64,000 nt of DNA from Tubiluchus corallicola (taxonomy: Eukaryota; Animalia; Priapulida). The notes below the pieces were generated by a model. That model worked only from the letters and a program-made list of their open reading frames with translations, was not told where the DNA came from and did not search any database. The DNA is taken from the NCBI GenBank assembly GCA_030141605.1, contig JAQGDQ010000003.1, positions 1,302,001-1,366,000 on the forward strand. Direction: 5' to 3'. A program made the position numbers and the translations under genes. Position 1 is the stretch's first letter; each line of letters begins with the position of its first letter. Positions 40,501 through 52,310 of the stretch are shown here, piece by piece.

Positions 40501-42577
40501 CAAATCAACAACCATAGATTCGAATTACTTGAAGCCAATGGGATATTCAAGAACGACAAAACCTAGTACCTTGCAAACTGACATTTATCGCCGTCAGCCA
40601 ATAAGTCAACAAAAAGAAACTACTTCCTCTACGACCCCTGTTGCACAAATTAAGTATAGCAACGTTCAAGCCACAACAACAACAACAACAACAAGAATTC
40701 CAAGTGTACATACTACAAGACAGATTGTTCCGTATAGTGAACGGCATTCAATATTATCCATCTTACTCTCTTCTAAATCCAGTAATACACGTCATACCTC
40801 ATCTTCAGTTAAGGGAGGTGATAAAAGAAGCAATGGACAAACTAATGCCAAAATAAATAACGTTACAAGCGGTACTAACAGCAAAGGAGGCTCAGGAAGT
40901 TACATTTCTCAGTCTATAAATAACCAAGATTTGAAAGATCGCGGATCACCAACGGAATTATCGAGCACAGTTTCAGCTACACCAGAGACAACCAAAAAAC
41001 CGCCCGTGAAAGTTTCGGGAAACGCTTATACCATATACACACTCCCAACCCGACGGGTTACAAGCACACCAACAACTTATTTGAGAGCTGGGCAAACAGA
41101 GAACTTTTTAACCACAGAGACCAAAAAACAACCAGCATCGACAAAATATTATTATCTTCTCCCGTACACTTATCAGTATACTGGCGTTACTTCACAGCCA
41201 AAATACGGCTTGTTTCACCAGTACCAAAACATCACGTTTTCTGAAAATGAAGGGGACGAGGTATCACAATGGGCAGAGTGGTCGGATTGGTCAAATTGTT
41301 CTCCGACTTGTGGGTGCAGCCGGCAGTCGCGAAGAAGGCAATGCCTGAGTGGTAATTGTGGGTGAGCAATTAACATTTTTTTATTTTTACATTTTTGCAT
41401 ACTAACCATAATTTCTGCATTGAATAGTTACCCACAGACAATATGGGCGCAATCTTGGATTTATGCGCATATCTCCAAAGTAACAAAGCCGATATTGGTC
41501 GAGTTTTTGGTGTGGGTACTTGAGACTACATTCCAATAGAATCTGAAGAAAAAATTCTATTGCAATTTGTTCTAGGTTGTTTGTTATCTTTAGCCCCCTA
41601 ATAGACTATTGAACAGAAACACCAAGTTTAACCTAATGGTGTGGCTCGTTTAACTTAAGTAACAAAAAGTATCTGTCGAAGGCACGGTTATTAATGAAAA
41701 CTCTGAAGCATATACATTGAAAATTTGTTCCGTCTGCCGCAGTTCTGCATTGCAGGTTGTCTGTATGTCGCTTATTAAAAAGTACCGTTTACTTAGGAAA
41801 AAAAATTGAAATGAAATGGAAAGCAATAGTCTTTAGTGGAGCAATAATATTTACAGTACTAGCAAGTTTCGTGAAAACCTTTGGGATTAATATAGGATAG
41901 GGCCTATTATAAACAACAACTGCATCATAGTTTTCGTCATTGTCATCACTATCATCGTCACCATAACCACCACCATCGTCAACATCGTCGTTGTCATCAT
42001 CATGACCATTAGTTATGGTTATATGATGCCAAAGCGATGGCGATGAACCAATTACAATAAGCAATACAGTGAAACCATTATAAATTGCAATCAGTAAAGA
42101 GCGGATATTTCAAAAACTGTCTCATTTAGTTCATTTAGTCTGCTTATATTGAAACCTCAAGTTCAACTCATTTGAACTCAAGGATTCAGAATGCAGCACT
42201 CATATAGATTATGCACAGATAAGACGTAAGTATTTGCATTTCAGCCAAGCAGAAAGTAGAATTTGTTAATTTTATGGAGGTATGATTATTGTATTCTGAT
42301 TTACAGGGGTGTCTTTATTTTAAAGCGGCTTTCAAAGTGCCAAAAAGGAAACCGAGCTTATAGGACTAACAATCGATTATTTATTAGTATAGTACTTACA
42401 CTTACAGTTACTGTTTTTTTTAGAGGAGACAGTGTTCAAGTCCGCGACTGTAACGTTGTCGTCTCTTCTTGTGGGAATGGCAATAAACGTTACTGTTGTA
42501 GAGGGTGGTCACCAGCTATCACTAGCTGTTACCCAATGGACTACAATAGCAATGATGGTAGCCTTCCACTGACCTGA
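25541..42577 (+). CDS. Secreted astacin-family (M12A) zinc metalloprotease: signal-propeptide-astacin-EGF-CUB-Ser/Thr-rich-TSP1, ~1254 aa, 13 coding exons
   Basis: Phase-consistent GT-AG exons: 25541-25618 (signal MPDRLFGYLLILAVMGCADA), 29852-30013, 31863-32043 (EGD, furin site RKKR), 32304-32436 (WEAETCIRF), 33977-34040 (CSSEVG), 34931-35125 ([13 protein letters not shown]; SLMHY Met-turn), 35776-35905, 36370-36507 (EGF), 38190-38299, 38448-38578, 38820-38932 (CUB), 39186-41361 (Ser/Thr tract plus WAEWSDWSNCSPTCG), 42424-42577. The first two exons are less certain. Confidence 0.9.
25913..26105. repeat. Diverged tandem duplication, ~96-bp unit x2
   Basis: GCAATACT(T/A)AATTACGCTGC ... AGTTGGAAA.GGTAGG.GGAT occurs twice. 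Confidence 0.8.
28768..29073. mobile_element. MITE, PIF/Harbinger-like
   Basis: Inverted ends CGGCGAGTTCAGA ... TCTGAGCGCGCCG, flanked by TTA/TAC. The internal sequence recurs at ~44905-45185. Confidence 0.65.
29230..29425. repeat. Degenerate (ATC/ATT/ACC)n trinucleotide repeat
   Basis: Low-complexity triplet run that produces spurious Ile-rich and Asp/Asn-rich ORFs. A similar run lies at 41930-42010. Confidence 0.85.
33508..33935. repeat. Tandem repeat, 147-bp unit x~3, in an astacin intron
   Basis: ATCTGGTGACCGTTGGCC starts at 33508, 33655 and 33802. Each unit ends AATAAG plus a (CTTA/CTTG)n tail. Confidence 0.95.
34931..35125 (+). CDS. Astacin catalytic exon (zinc-binding motif)
   Basis: [24 protein letters not shown] matches HExxHxxGxxHExxRxDRD. 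PYDLSSLMHY carries the Met-turn with the Tyr ligand. Confidence 0.96.
39186..41361 (+). CDS. 2176-nt exon of the astacin gene: Ser/Thr-rich mucin-like tract followed by the start of TSP1
   Basis: Open frame (ORF 39203..41365). Acceptor tttttacag| is in frame with the CUB exon; donor GG|GTGAGC is in phase with the final exon. Confidence 0.9.
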
Positions 42578-43082
42578 GGTCAAGCGGCTTCACCATACAG
42601 GAGACCTGCTAGTCCACAATGGTAACACACCAGACAAAAACCAAAGATCTCTGCTGTTACTGTTATCAGTCATGTTCAGTAAAATGTGTTCTTCGGAGCA
42701 ACAAGAACGGAATATGCCGTCTTGTCAAAAACCTGACGACACTGCGTCGGAATTTTCTCTAAATGTAAGCTGGAGAAAATCAAAATACAAAAGAACGCAT
42801 TCCCTCAGAGTTTAGTCTCACCGCCCTACATGTAACATCACAAAAAGAGGTGAAGCCAATTACCTTAAATACAGTGCGTTTTCTAATGCCAAAGAAGCCA
42901 ATGAAGATTACTGCTACGCGCTTTCGACATGCATTACGAAATACATGCTTGTAAATATTTTGTAAAATAATTGTCACAGAGCGTTGATACTGTTATATTT
43001 CTTGAATAATTCAGCATTGTATTGCGACTTATAATTGTTCATTTGAGTTCGTTAATCTTGTTATTTTTTGCACCATGCCTGT

Positions 43083-43990
43083 GATGTTAAAATTTTGTAG
43101 AAATATATGAATATAACTAATAAGATAATTAAACCGCTTTTGCTGCTTTATATATTTTGAATTTTTAAAACGCTAATTTCGTACTATATAAAGACATACT
43201 TTGATGGCTCAGGCATCTCTATGTCGTTTGCTCCAACAGTTCCAAGACCCCATGATACCATTTAAGACTACATCTGCGTCATCCTCTAGATTCCAATCCG
43301 AATTTGCTGACATCAGTTCATAATTATTCATGTGTTTATTCACATTTAATATATCGATGCAAATGCCAATTAATTTACTAAAACTCAAATATTATCAGAA
43401 CAAAAGATATTACAACATAACAATTACTTTTGTTTTATAATGACCGGACTACTTTTTGTGCTTGAATGGGAGTTAGAGTAGTTCTTATACTAGCTGAACA
43501 AACATTTGTCAGATGTTATAGCAAAAACACTTTCTAGCAAAAAAACAACGATTGAGCAAACAGCGCATCCAGTTTATATGCGTCTTGCCAGAGATGTTAA
43601 AATTTTGCAGAAATATACAAGCATAAATGTTACCTTCCAATTATCTAAAGGTTATAATATATACGTTAAACTTTTATTTCAGTTATTACTTTTCGATTTT
43701 TGAAAATCGAGCATTGTCAGGGTGCATTTAAATACAATATTACAAGCAAATTGTAAATCATCGTAGTAACAAACATTGCCTAATAATTAAATCTCATTTG
43801 CTGCGTGTCATATATTTTGAATTTTTAAAATACTGATTGCATACTATATAAAGACATACTTTAATGGCTCAGGCATTTTTATTTGTTTTTGCACCAACAA
43901 CTCCAAGATGCCCACGATACCACTTAGGCCTACACATTCGTCATCCTTAGATTCCAATCCGGACTTGCTGGCATCAGTTCATAATTCATA
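43083..43990. repeat. Diverged local direct duplication (~43130-43330 vs ~43790-43990)
   Basis: Shared TATATTTTGAATTTTTAAAA..TACTATATAAAGACATACTTT.ATGGCTCAGGCAT..TAGATTCCAATCCG..CATCAGTTCATAATT. Confidence 0.8.
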
Positions 43991-44252
43991 TATTAATTCA
44001 ATTTAATGCATTAATGTACTACTAATCTGCTGCTTATTAACCCACGCGTTTCATGCAGGCCTATGCACATTTTCAAAGGTAGGCCTAATTTATACAAACA
44101 ACCAGATTAGCTTGCACTTTGCAGCCGTAGCATTTCAGTCTTTACCAGGAGCGTATTAACCAATAGGCTAACTAGGCTAAAACCGAAGGGCGCCAAAGTT
44201 TGAGGTGCGTCACATTTTAGAAAAAATTCTCCTCGGAAAATGTGTATAGGCC

Positions 44253-44598
44253 TGTTGTGGAGATCCACTAGAATGTTCTGTAGTATAGTAGAACCAATCA
44301 TCTTACCTTATAGAAGCAGTCGAAATTTCGAGAAGTTTCTATACGCGATGCGCGTAGCAGTTTCTAGATTGTTCATTGCACTAATATATAAGGCGGAACT
44401 GGCTGCTGAAGATTATTCTCGTATTCTCAGATTCTCGCTTTCACATTTCCAGATTATCACTTGACTGTACATATTTTGCACTCTTTCATACTTTGTGTTG
44501 TAGAATTCTCGCATAATAAACTAGTTAATATCTGCTAATTAATTAAATTTGTTTTCTGGTTTTCTCTACGAGCCGTCTGAGAGAAACAAAACACAACA
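44253..44598 (+). mobile_element. Solo LTR (346 bp) with 5-bp target-site duplication
   Basis: Ends TGTTGTG...CACAACA (perfect 7-bp inverted ends). AGGCC flanks both sides (44248-44252, 44599-44603). Internal TATATAA at 44385-44391 and AATAAA at 44515-44520. Confidence 0.88.
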
Positions 44599-44904
44599 AG
44601 GCCTACTTTCATATCTATGTAAATGGCGCATTTTATAACACACTACAGGCAGTTACTGAGTGCATCTTTCATATAAGTGCGACATAACGAACAGGTGCAA
44701 GGTATTACACAATAAGTAGTTGCACAGCCTGCTTGAATATAAGCGCTATGCAAATGCGTACAATAATGACCCCATAGAAGCTAGGTTAATAGTGTTTCTA
44801 ATACACCACAACGAATTGCTATTGAGTTCGTTATATGAAATCACAATAGAGATGAGTGGGACAGAACTATCAGCCTAGGGTGCCGTAAAGTCTTGATACG
44901 CTCC

Positions 44905-45185
44905 TGGTCTTGCCAAGTAACGGGCCAAATAACTCGCAAGCGTGTTCAGACTAGAGAACAATACTTTCTGCGAGTTGCTCTCCGACTCGCGCGAACTAAC
45001 ACTCCCTTCTCCATTCACTGCAAAAAGTGTCGAGCGAGGGAAATGCGCAGAAGCATTCACTAGACAGTAACTCGCACGAAATCATCTCGTAGCGGAGTTT
45101 ACAATAACTTGCCGATAGTTACTCCCAAAGCAGTCCCACCTGCGAGTTTGCTGTCAGAGAGAAGAGTTGCGACAGAAAACTCGCT
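44905..45185. mobile_element. Second, terminus-less copy of the MITE at 28768-29073
   Basis: Shared blocks GCGTGTTCAGACTAGA, CTGCGAGTT, AGACAGTAACT and GCGACAGAA..CTCGC. Confidence 0.65.
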
Positions 45186-45235
45186 ATAGCCAGTTTTGAC
45201 ACTTTGTCACTACCGTAGCTTCACTGGTGTCAACG

Positions 45236-45248
45236 GTTGCCAAGTTAC
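45236..45248 (+). promoter_or_regulatory. Candidate RFX X-box upstream of CCDC42
   Basis: GTTGCC-A-AGTTAC has one mismatch to GTNRCC(N0-3)RGYAAC. It lies ~130 bp before a candidate 5' UTR donor TAG|GTATAT at 45380. Confidence 0.4.
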
Positions 45249-46288
45249 GATAAGTGCGCTTTGTAAATTTGACAATCTGTAGCCTGACTAAGTGACTAGT
45301 TTATTTAGACTATTAGAAGTTGTATCAATTGGGAAAGTTTGTTTTGAGTTTTCAACCGATGATAACAATTTCTTAAATAGGTATATGTATACATATATAA
45401 CTTAGTTAAGTAAAAGGGGAGTTGTTCTGGTGGTGAATAATTCATATATAGAACTACAGTAGATCTCAACCTTTGCTTCACGTGAAAAACGTGTTTCTCT
45501 TCTGACGAAAGTTAAACGTCCAAGGTCAGTAAATAGTACTGTTTCATAGTCGAACTTCAAACCATCAAGCTTAAGAACTTGTTATTCATGCGCATGCAAT
45601 ATCTGTTAATTGTTATAAAATGCAAGAATTTGTATATGCAGATGCTTTATTTGTTTTGAAACAGAAGTTTAGACTCTTGCAACTACTTATCTAATGTAAA
45701 GTGGATAAACCTACTTTCTGTGCTTTGCTAATAACTTGACCTTATGGAGATGTAAAACGTCAATAAAACATCAACAAGAGTTATTGTATTGTATCGTATC
45801 TTGGACAAAACACTATGATGCTTAGTCTACAAACAGGATTTAGTGAATGAATGATGTTGAACATTATAATAGTGTGTAATGTATAACACTTTATAATGAT
45901 TAAACTTTCGAAACCAAATCTGACCAAAAATATGAAAATGAAAAAGTCAGAAACTGAGCCTATAGCCTAGGCTATAGTTGAAGTGGTTTTGAATTACTGA
46001 TCCTATGCCATGACCACTAGACTAGACTACACAGCAGCACAGCTCCTCTCAATTGCTCAACATTGTTATCATTATTATTTTGTAAAAAATTGATATTTTA
46101 AACATATACTTTTATTTTGCCTATTGACAATCATACTCATACATGTATGGGAAAGTCATACCTGAAGGCAAAAGATTATGAAGTAAATTAGGACATTTTT
46201 GTGCCCCTGCTAAATTTGGTGATCCTTAATGCTGATGGTGATATTTATTCTTAATGCTGTAGTAATTTTTTTCAAATTCAACAGGAAA

Positions 46289-47239
46289 ATGACCAAAAAT
46301 CTTGAAGAATATTTCCGGCAATCATTCAGAGAAAAACTGCTGGTCACTATACCAGAACATGAAGATGATCATCTATGTCCTGCAACACGACTTCTAGAAA
46401 AGCGTCGTGAAATGACAGAGGTTGAATTGGCCCTTAAAACCCAGAAAGATGATTTTGTAATAAAAAGCAAATCTCTGCAACAAAGACGTGAAGAGCAAGA
46501 GAAAAAAGAGCTAAATTTGAAAGAGTCTATGAAAAAATTCGATAAATTTTTAAAAGAAAATGATTCTAAGCGACTACGAGCAATAAAAAAGGCAAATGAT
46601 GAAATTGAATATAGAAAGGTGAAGATGAAAGAAATTGAAAAGCTAAGGAAGGAATTACACGATGCAGCTTTACTGCGTGGAAAACTCCAAGAAAGACTAA
46701 ACAAGTATGTTATGTTTTACATTTTTCTAGCAAAAGTTGTTGAAAATGCAGACGAATTTCATGAGATAACAGACATCATTTCTCGTTATGACACTTTGCT
46801 AGCAACACATCAAGATTTAGTAGATGTTGCTCTACAAAATCAAGACGACATTGAAGATGAAAAGCAACAGCTAAAACGAATAATAGAGGAGAAAAATAAT
46901 GACATACTAGATTGTAATAACCGACTATCAGAACTTATCACACAACTGGATAAAGCTGAAAGTGCAGCTGCCTACTGGGAATCCAAATGGAATCACATAA
47001 AAACTACTGCTGCAAAAAAGACTATAGAGCTTGGGCGAACAAAAATGGCAGCCCATAATTTGTATCAATTGGTTGAAACAAAAAGACACCAAGAAATTCG
47101 AACTGAAGATACGATGAAACAGCTTGACATAATCAAAAATTTTGTATTAGACATTGCTGATGTTATTTCAGACATTCGCAGAGCAATGGAAATGCGAAAA
47201 GGTACTGCTTCAAATGTCTCTAGACTTGCACGAGTCTAG
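46289..47239 (+). CDS. CCDC42: Coiled-coil protein of the CCDC42/CFAP73 family (cilia/flagella associated), single coding exon, 316 aa
   Basis: MTKNLEEYFR...PATRLLEKRREM...KFDKFLKENDSKRLRA...WESKWNHIKTTAAKKT are family-typical motifs. An acceptor cag at 46282-46284 just before ATG 46289 suggests a 5' UTR intron. Confidence 0.88.
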   Translation: MTKNLEEYFRQSFREKLLVTIPEHEDDHLCPATRLLEKRREMTEVELALKTQKDDFVIKSKSLQQRREEQEKKELNLKESMKKFDKFLKENDSKRLRAIKKANDEIEYRKVKMKEIEKLRKELHDAALLRGKLQERLNKYVMFYIFLAKVVENADEFHEITDIISRYDTLLATHQDLVDVALQNQDDIEDEKQQLKRIIEEKNNDILDCNNRLSELITQLDKAESAAAYWESKWNHIKTTAAKKTIELGRTKMAAHNLYQLVETKRHQEIRTEDTMKQLDIIKNFVLDIADVISDIRRAMEMRKGTASNVSRLARV

Positions 47240-47729
47240 TAGTGCTTTTTTGTAATCATTCTCATTATAGAAATTATAACTGATAAAAGAAACACTATGA
47301 TAATTAATTAAGATAGATCTTTTAATTGTGTGTTTATAGCATACACAAAGAAATGCTGAGCCATTCTACTTGATTACTTAAATGGAATAAGTGCATAAAC
47401 AAAGGTTATGTAAAACCAAAGAGCTTCCTGTAAATAAATATCAAAATTAAAAACAGTTAACAAAGCAACTCTGTAAACTGCATTCTTGTTTTCAAGTCTG
47501 AACACTTGTCACTATTATTGTTTTAGTTTTTTAATGCATAATCGTTTTTATTGTCTGCCTAATAAGTGCGTCATCAATAAATCCAACAAGTGGAAATGTT
47601 TCCAGTAGTTCTAGGCTTTCTCATAGCGGCTAAGTGGAGTAAATGCCTCAACTACATTTCATTCATTTATTCAATGTTGCCCATTCAGCCTGCTATTAAT
47701 TATTGTTAATTCATATCATCTCCATGGCC

Positions 47730-47800
47730 AGTCCATGACGGTCACCAATCCAGACATTAACTAAGCTTGGTGTCACTTATCTTCAATGCTAACCAGGTGT
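47730..47800 (-). mobile_element. 5S rRNA-derived (SINE3-like) remnant
   Basis: CGGTCACCAATCCAGACATTAACTAAGCTTGG..CTTATCTTC resembles the reverse complement of the 5S internal control region, with many mismatches. Confidence 0.35.
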
Positions 47801-49285
47801 TAATATTATTCAGCTGTTCGAGTAGCTAAATTCAACATAGCACTTTTTGCTGTAATGTACTAATGATGCGTCTGTATAAGTGAAAGCAGGACCTGATAGT
47901 CTGGTTGTTGTACAGTTTTCAGGTTATATACACAACTCGTGGTTTATGGAATAAATGTATTAACTTATACAGTGTAGTTTTATTTTTTCTGATTTTGCAC
48001 GACATTATGTTTCTGCCCGGATTCTGTTAGTCTTAAAATTAAGATTATATTCAAATTACTGTAAATAAATCAAATAGTTTGAATAATATGCAATATGAAA
48101 TGAAATATAGTGATCACTGATCACGTAGCATATTGTTATCTATGGTGACAAGTGGCCACTCTTACAAAAAGATTTCGACACATGCAATTAGAAAAGATTA
48201 TATAGTCACGTAATTGGGTGGGGTGGTATCTGCGTGTGCCCCACCTTATTTGCCTTGCTATATTGAATATATTGTCATTTTAATAAACGACCTCATTTTA
48301 TCAACTAATTTCATTCTTAGTGCTTTTGCAAAAAACTAGCCCGGCTCAGCCAATTTTACCTTTAGGTCAGTTTTATGAACACTAGCTTACAAAAAATAGG
48401 ATTAGTCTTCACTAACAAACATTATACAACTTGACCTATTTATGTGAAAAAAATCTGAGATCTAATTATGTAGATTTCAATTTTCATTTTAAAATATCTT
48501 TGGGACTTCAGTCAAGTAAAATTCTAAAATTTGGTGTTGTGCAGTTTGCACATTGCCGTCCAAAATTGATTTCTATTGCCTTTGCTTTGTCTGTAGCTGT
48601 CCACAGCAGCAGCAACAACCATGCGAGTGCAATTATGACAATACTGCCAATAGCAACATTTTAACAACAATAACATTTTAATGCCACTAGTGCCAAGAAC
48701 AAGCTAGAAGTCTCACCCATTACTGCTCCAAGCGATACTAACTACAACCCCCAACGTTGTTGCTGCCACTGTCACCAAAATTTCGATTCGAATCGTAATG
48801 GTGATAATCGTCTTGGTGACGAAGATTGTGGTAATATTAATATTACATCAGCATAAGTATTGATGCATCAAATTTAGAGAAACAGATTTGTGATAGAGAA
48901 ACACCTTTGTTTACATCATTATTTGACTTGACGTCTCAAGGCCATAATTATACGAAACCTGCAAGTGCATGTGTAAAGTAAAACAAAACTATCTTAATGA
49001 TTGTTAACCAGAATTACGTTATAGGAAAAGATTCTACTATTATAAATTACAAAGTAAAAGTGAGGTAATCGCCTACAATACTTTATGTGTAGAAGAGAAA
49101 TTTATGTAATGCCACTGTGATACATTTCATACAATATCTAGATCGAAATGACCAGCGAAAGCCCCTTTTCTCCGCTTAATGTTAAATGATCCAATTCGTT
49201 CAACGACATTTTTATGATTGACTAAAAATGGCGGCCTGGTGTCCAGTCAGCTTCAATCGGTAAAACAATATTAATTTTACCTGTA

Positions 49286-50272
49286 GTTAAGATTCTGCCG
49301 TAGCAAAATCTTACTGTTTTTCTTACAGTTATTTATTTTTATTACACTTATTCACTTTAACGTTTAATAACTCATAAGCCTTGCAAGCTAGGGTCGCCAA
49401 ACTCACAGGGTAAGTTGCCCTGGGCAGGGTACGCAAAATAGCATGTTGACCACTGACCAATGGTCAAGAGGAGAAGGGCAGTAGGCGTTGGTCAGTTTTT
49501 CCTTTGTGATTCAACTCCTTTTCGTTTTTTTCTCCAAATTTTTTTCACAATTATTTGGGTACTGTGGAGCAGGTGTGCACCCGGGGTTTTAAAAAGCTGA
49601 CAAGCTTTAAAAGCTCGAGTGAGGGGCCAAAATGTAAAATTTGGGGTCCCCCAATTTGTGACCTTTTACACACTGAGTGCTAGGGGCACAAAATGCACAG
49701 GGTACACTCTCTGGGCAAAGTTATCTATGTTGCCGGGTCAAAGGTCACGGAGCGGTCGGGTTTTCATTTATTTTTCTTTAAGATCCAACTGCTCCCATAG
49801 TTTTTGAGCTAGGGCGACAATATTTGATACGTCCGGATATGGCAGAATATGGGTGATTTGGAGAGGGGAAATTTTCCGCTAGTAGGCAAAAACCGAAAAA
49901 TGGGGGTTGTGAACAGAAATGCATCAAGTGTCTTGGAATAGTACCATGTAGCATATCAAATGAAAGGCCTCGATGAGGCGAATCAAATAGCATAGATTGC
50001 AATGAAAATAGCTAATCTGCAAGCCGGCAAGGGGGTGAAACCGAAAAATGGGGGTCGGGAACAGAAATGCATCGAGTCTCTACGAATAGTACCCATGTAG
50101 CATGTCAAATGAAAGGTTTTGATGACGCGAATCGAATGGGATAGGTTACAGTGTGAATCGTTAAACTGTGACCCCGTTAGGGGCAAAATAGGGGCCGAAG
50201 AGGCACATGCCTCCCAGGGTCTACCAAAAGTAGCTTGTAGTATGTCAAATGAAAGGTCTCAATGAGATTAGT
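49286..50272 (+). mobile_element. Non-autonomous interspersed repeat, Helentron/DINE-1-like, copy 2
   Basis: TAAGATTCTGC-CGTA-GCAAAATCTTA hairpin. Shares TTGCAAGCTAGGGTC and GTTTTAAAAAGCTGA blocks with copy 1. Internal ~149-bp subrepeats at ~49889 and ~50037. Confidence 0.7.
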
Positions 50273-50499
50273 CTATTCAAGCATAGAAAGCCATATAAAA
50301 ACACAAAAACGTCGCATCACACTACAATAAAAGTTATGCTATAAATACTACTACATGTATATACAAGACATACAGTTAATGCACATTCGTTTAGCTACCA
50401 CGTTAAACGATTATTATTAGCAAACAGTCTATTATTACAAATTAATACATTATTACATGTTCACATAGAGAAATTTACGAGCTAGTACGTGTGCTGAAT

Positions 50500-51400
50500 A
50501 AATGACCCATGCATGAATTGAGCATGATAGGCATATTCTTAATAAATAAACTTTTTATAGTATTAGATGACCTGCCTGTAGCTGGTTTCAAAATTACATT
50601 GTATTTATCTAATTGTTTACTATCAATCACTTGTAACAATACTATTTCTACTTCCAAGCAAATTACACATGGAGTTCCTCGATATGATCAACTCTCGGAC
50701 CCCTACTGTTTTTGACGCATCTATGATATTATTAATGTTCAAAACAATGTTAAAACTAGTATGTTGATGATACAACTATATTCTTGGATATTATAGCAAA
50801 TGCGATCAACAGTATAATAATACTCTTGATCTTATTTCTAACTAGTTCAAAGTTAACAAGTTAACATTTAATCCCAACAAAATGAAGTTTATCTTATTAC
50901 GTTATGTTTCCTGTGGTGATAATTAACGAAGATTAGGGTTAACATGCTTAGAAGAAAATTTGCAAGAAGACATTGGAATAATTTCCCATATTAGACAAAG
51001 CCCTTCTGCTAATCTATTGAAAGCACTGTATAACTCATTAATGCTTCCTTTATTTCAATTATTCAGTATTCCTTTTTGGGTTCAGCTTACGTCCCCCCGC
51101 ATAATGAATCTTAAAAGACTGCAAAGGAAATCCATCAGAATTGTTAACCACCTAGTACCAAAACATGCAGAAATTAATAACTCCCACTTTCTTAACTGTA
51201 AAATTTCAAAAATTTTGATGACTCACAAGGTTTGAATTTTTATGTTTAAAACTCATTTCCCACTTTTTGATGACTCTGTTAAACAATAAAAAATACAAGA
51301 CTAGATTTAATCTGTATAATCTTAGTCAGCTAAAGACCGTGTAACATGGAATTCAATACCCAATAACCTAAAATTTGCTAATTCGATTCATAACTTTTAA
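50500..51400 (+). mobile_element. Highly degenerate CR1/L2-group LINE RT fragment
   Basis: Remnants ITHGVP...LSDP/LLF, YVDDTTIF, VNKLTFNPNK, LYNSLMLP, LQRKSIRIV spread across frames. Confidence 0.7.
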
Positions 51401-52298
51401 AAAATTGAAAAAATATCATTAGTACATGCTCACGTGTTTACAGTAATTTATAATAATTGTGTGCAATGACAGACTGACTGATTACATTGTATGTGAGTGC
51501 ATGACTACAAATTTAGTGTTTGCATGTGAGGTTTTGTGAGTGTGCGTAATTCGTGTGCACCCATGTATAGAGAATAATATGTGTGCGTGAGAGAACTGTT
51601 CACATTGTGCGTGAGAGGCTAAGCAATTGTATGTGTATGAGGTTTAGAGAGTGTATGAGTGTTTGCAGACAGTATGTAGACATCTGCCGTGCTTGTCTGT
51701 GTTCATCTTTTTACGAATTATTTTTTGTATTTATTCACACCATTCATTAAGGGAGTGCACAAGGTTTCTTATGGTGTTTGATGTGTCTTCATGTGTTGAT
51801 GATTTTATTTATTTTTGTATTGTTTTGTACGTACATGAACAGACTGGCATTGTATAATAATAAACATAAACATAAGCATAATTCGTGGATGATTTGGCAA
51901 GTCAATTTTTTTTGTTGCAGTTTGTGTTTCGTACTGACAATACCAATAATTTTCAATTGTATTTTTTATTGACAGCTATGCCATTTTTTTAAATTTACTA
52001 ATTATAGGTGTTTTTATTGTTTAATTCAAGAACGTTTAATTGTTGTGATCTCAATTTACATTTTGTCAGAAAGAACACTTATAGAACGAAATAGGCCTTG
52101 CTGCTTTATTTCGTTTTAATTTATTTTTATTAATAAAATATCACGTTATTGTCATTATTTATTATAAGCCAGACAAGATAATTAAGTTTTTATAGATATT
52201 GAACTGTACAAAGCATAAATGTAGTTTTATATACAGCGTGTTGAAACGCCGCGATTAAGGAGGTACTTAGGCAGTCCACACTTATTTTCCAGGGATTT

Positions 52299-52310
52299 AG
52301 CGCATGCGCA
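52299..52310 (+). promoter_or_regulatory. NRF1/EWG-like site in the putative TAF11 promoter
   Basis: AGCGCATGCGCA lies in a locally CpG-richer patch (52240-52550), followed by a candidate 5' UTR donor |GTGAGT at ~52492. Confidence 0.5.

Noticed and set aside
42575-42626. TGA read-through or selenocysteine at the astacin stop
   Set aside because: The in-frame extension is only ~15 codons and no SECIS-like element was recognised.
46369-46704. Antisense ORFs over CCDC42 (similar ones over TAF11 and the astacin mucin exon)
   Set aside because: These are shadow frames of real coding sequence.
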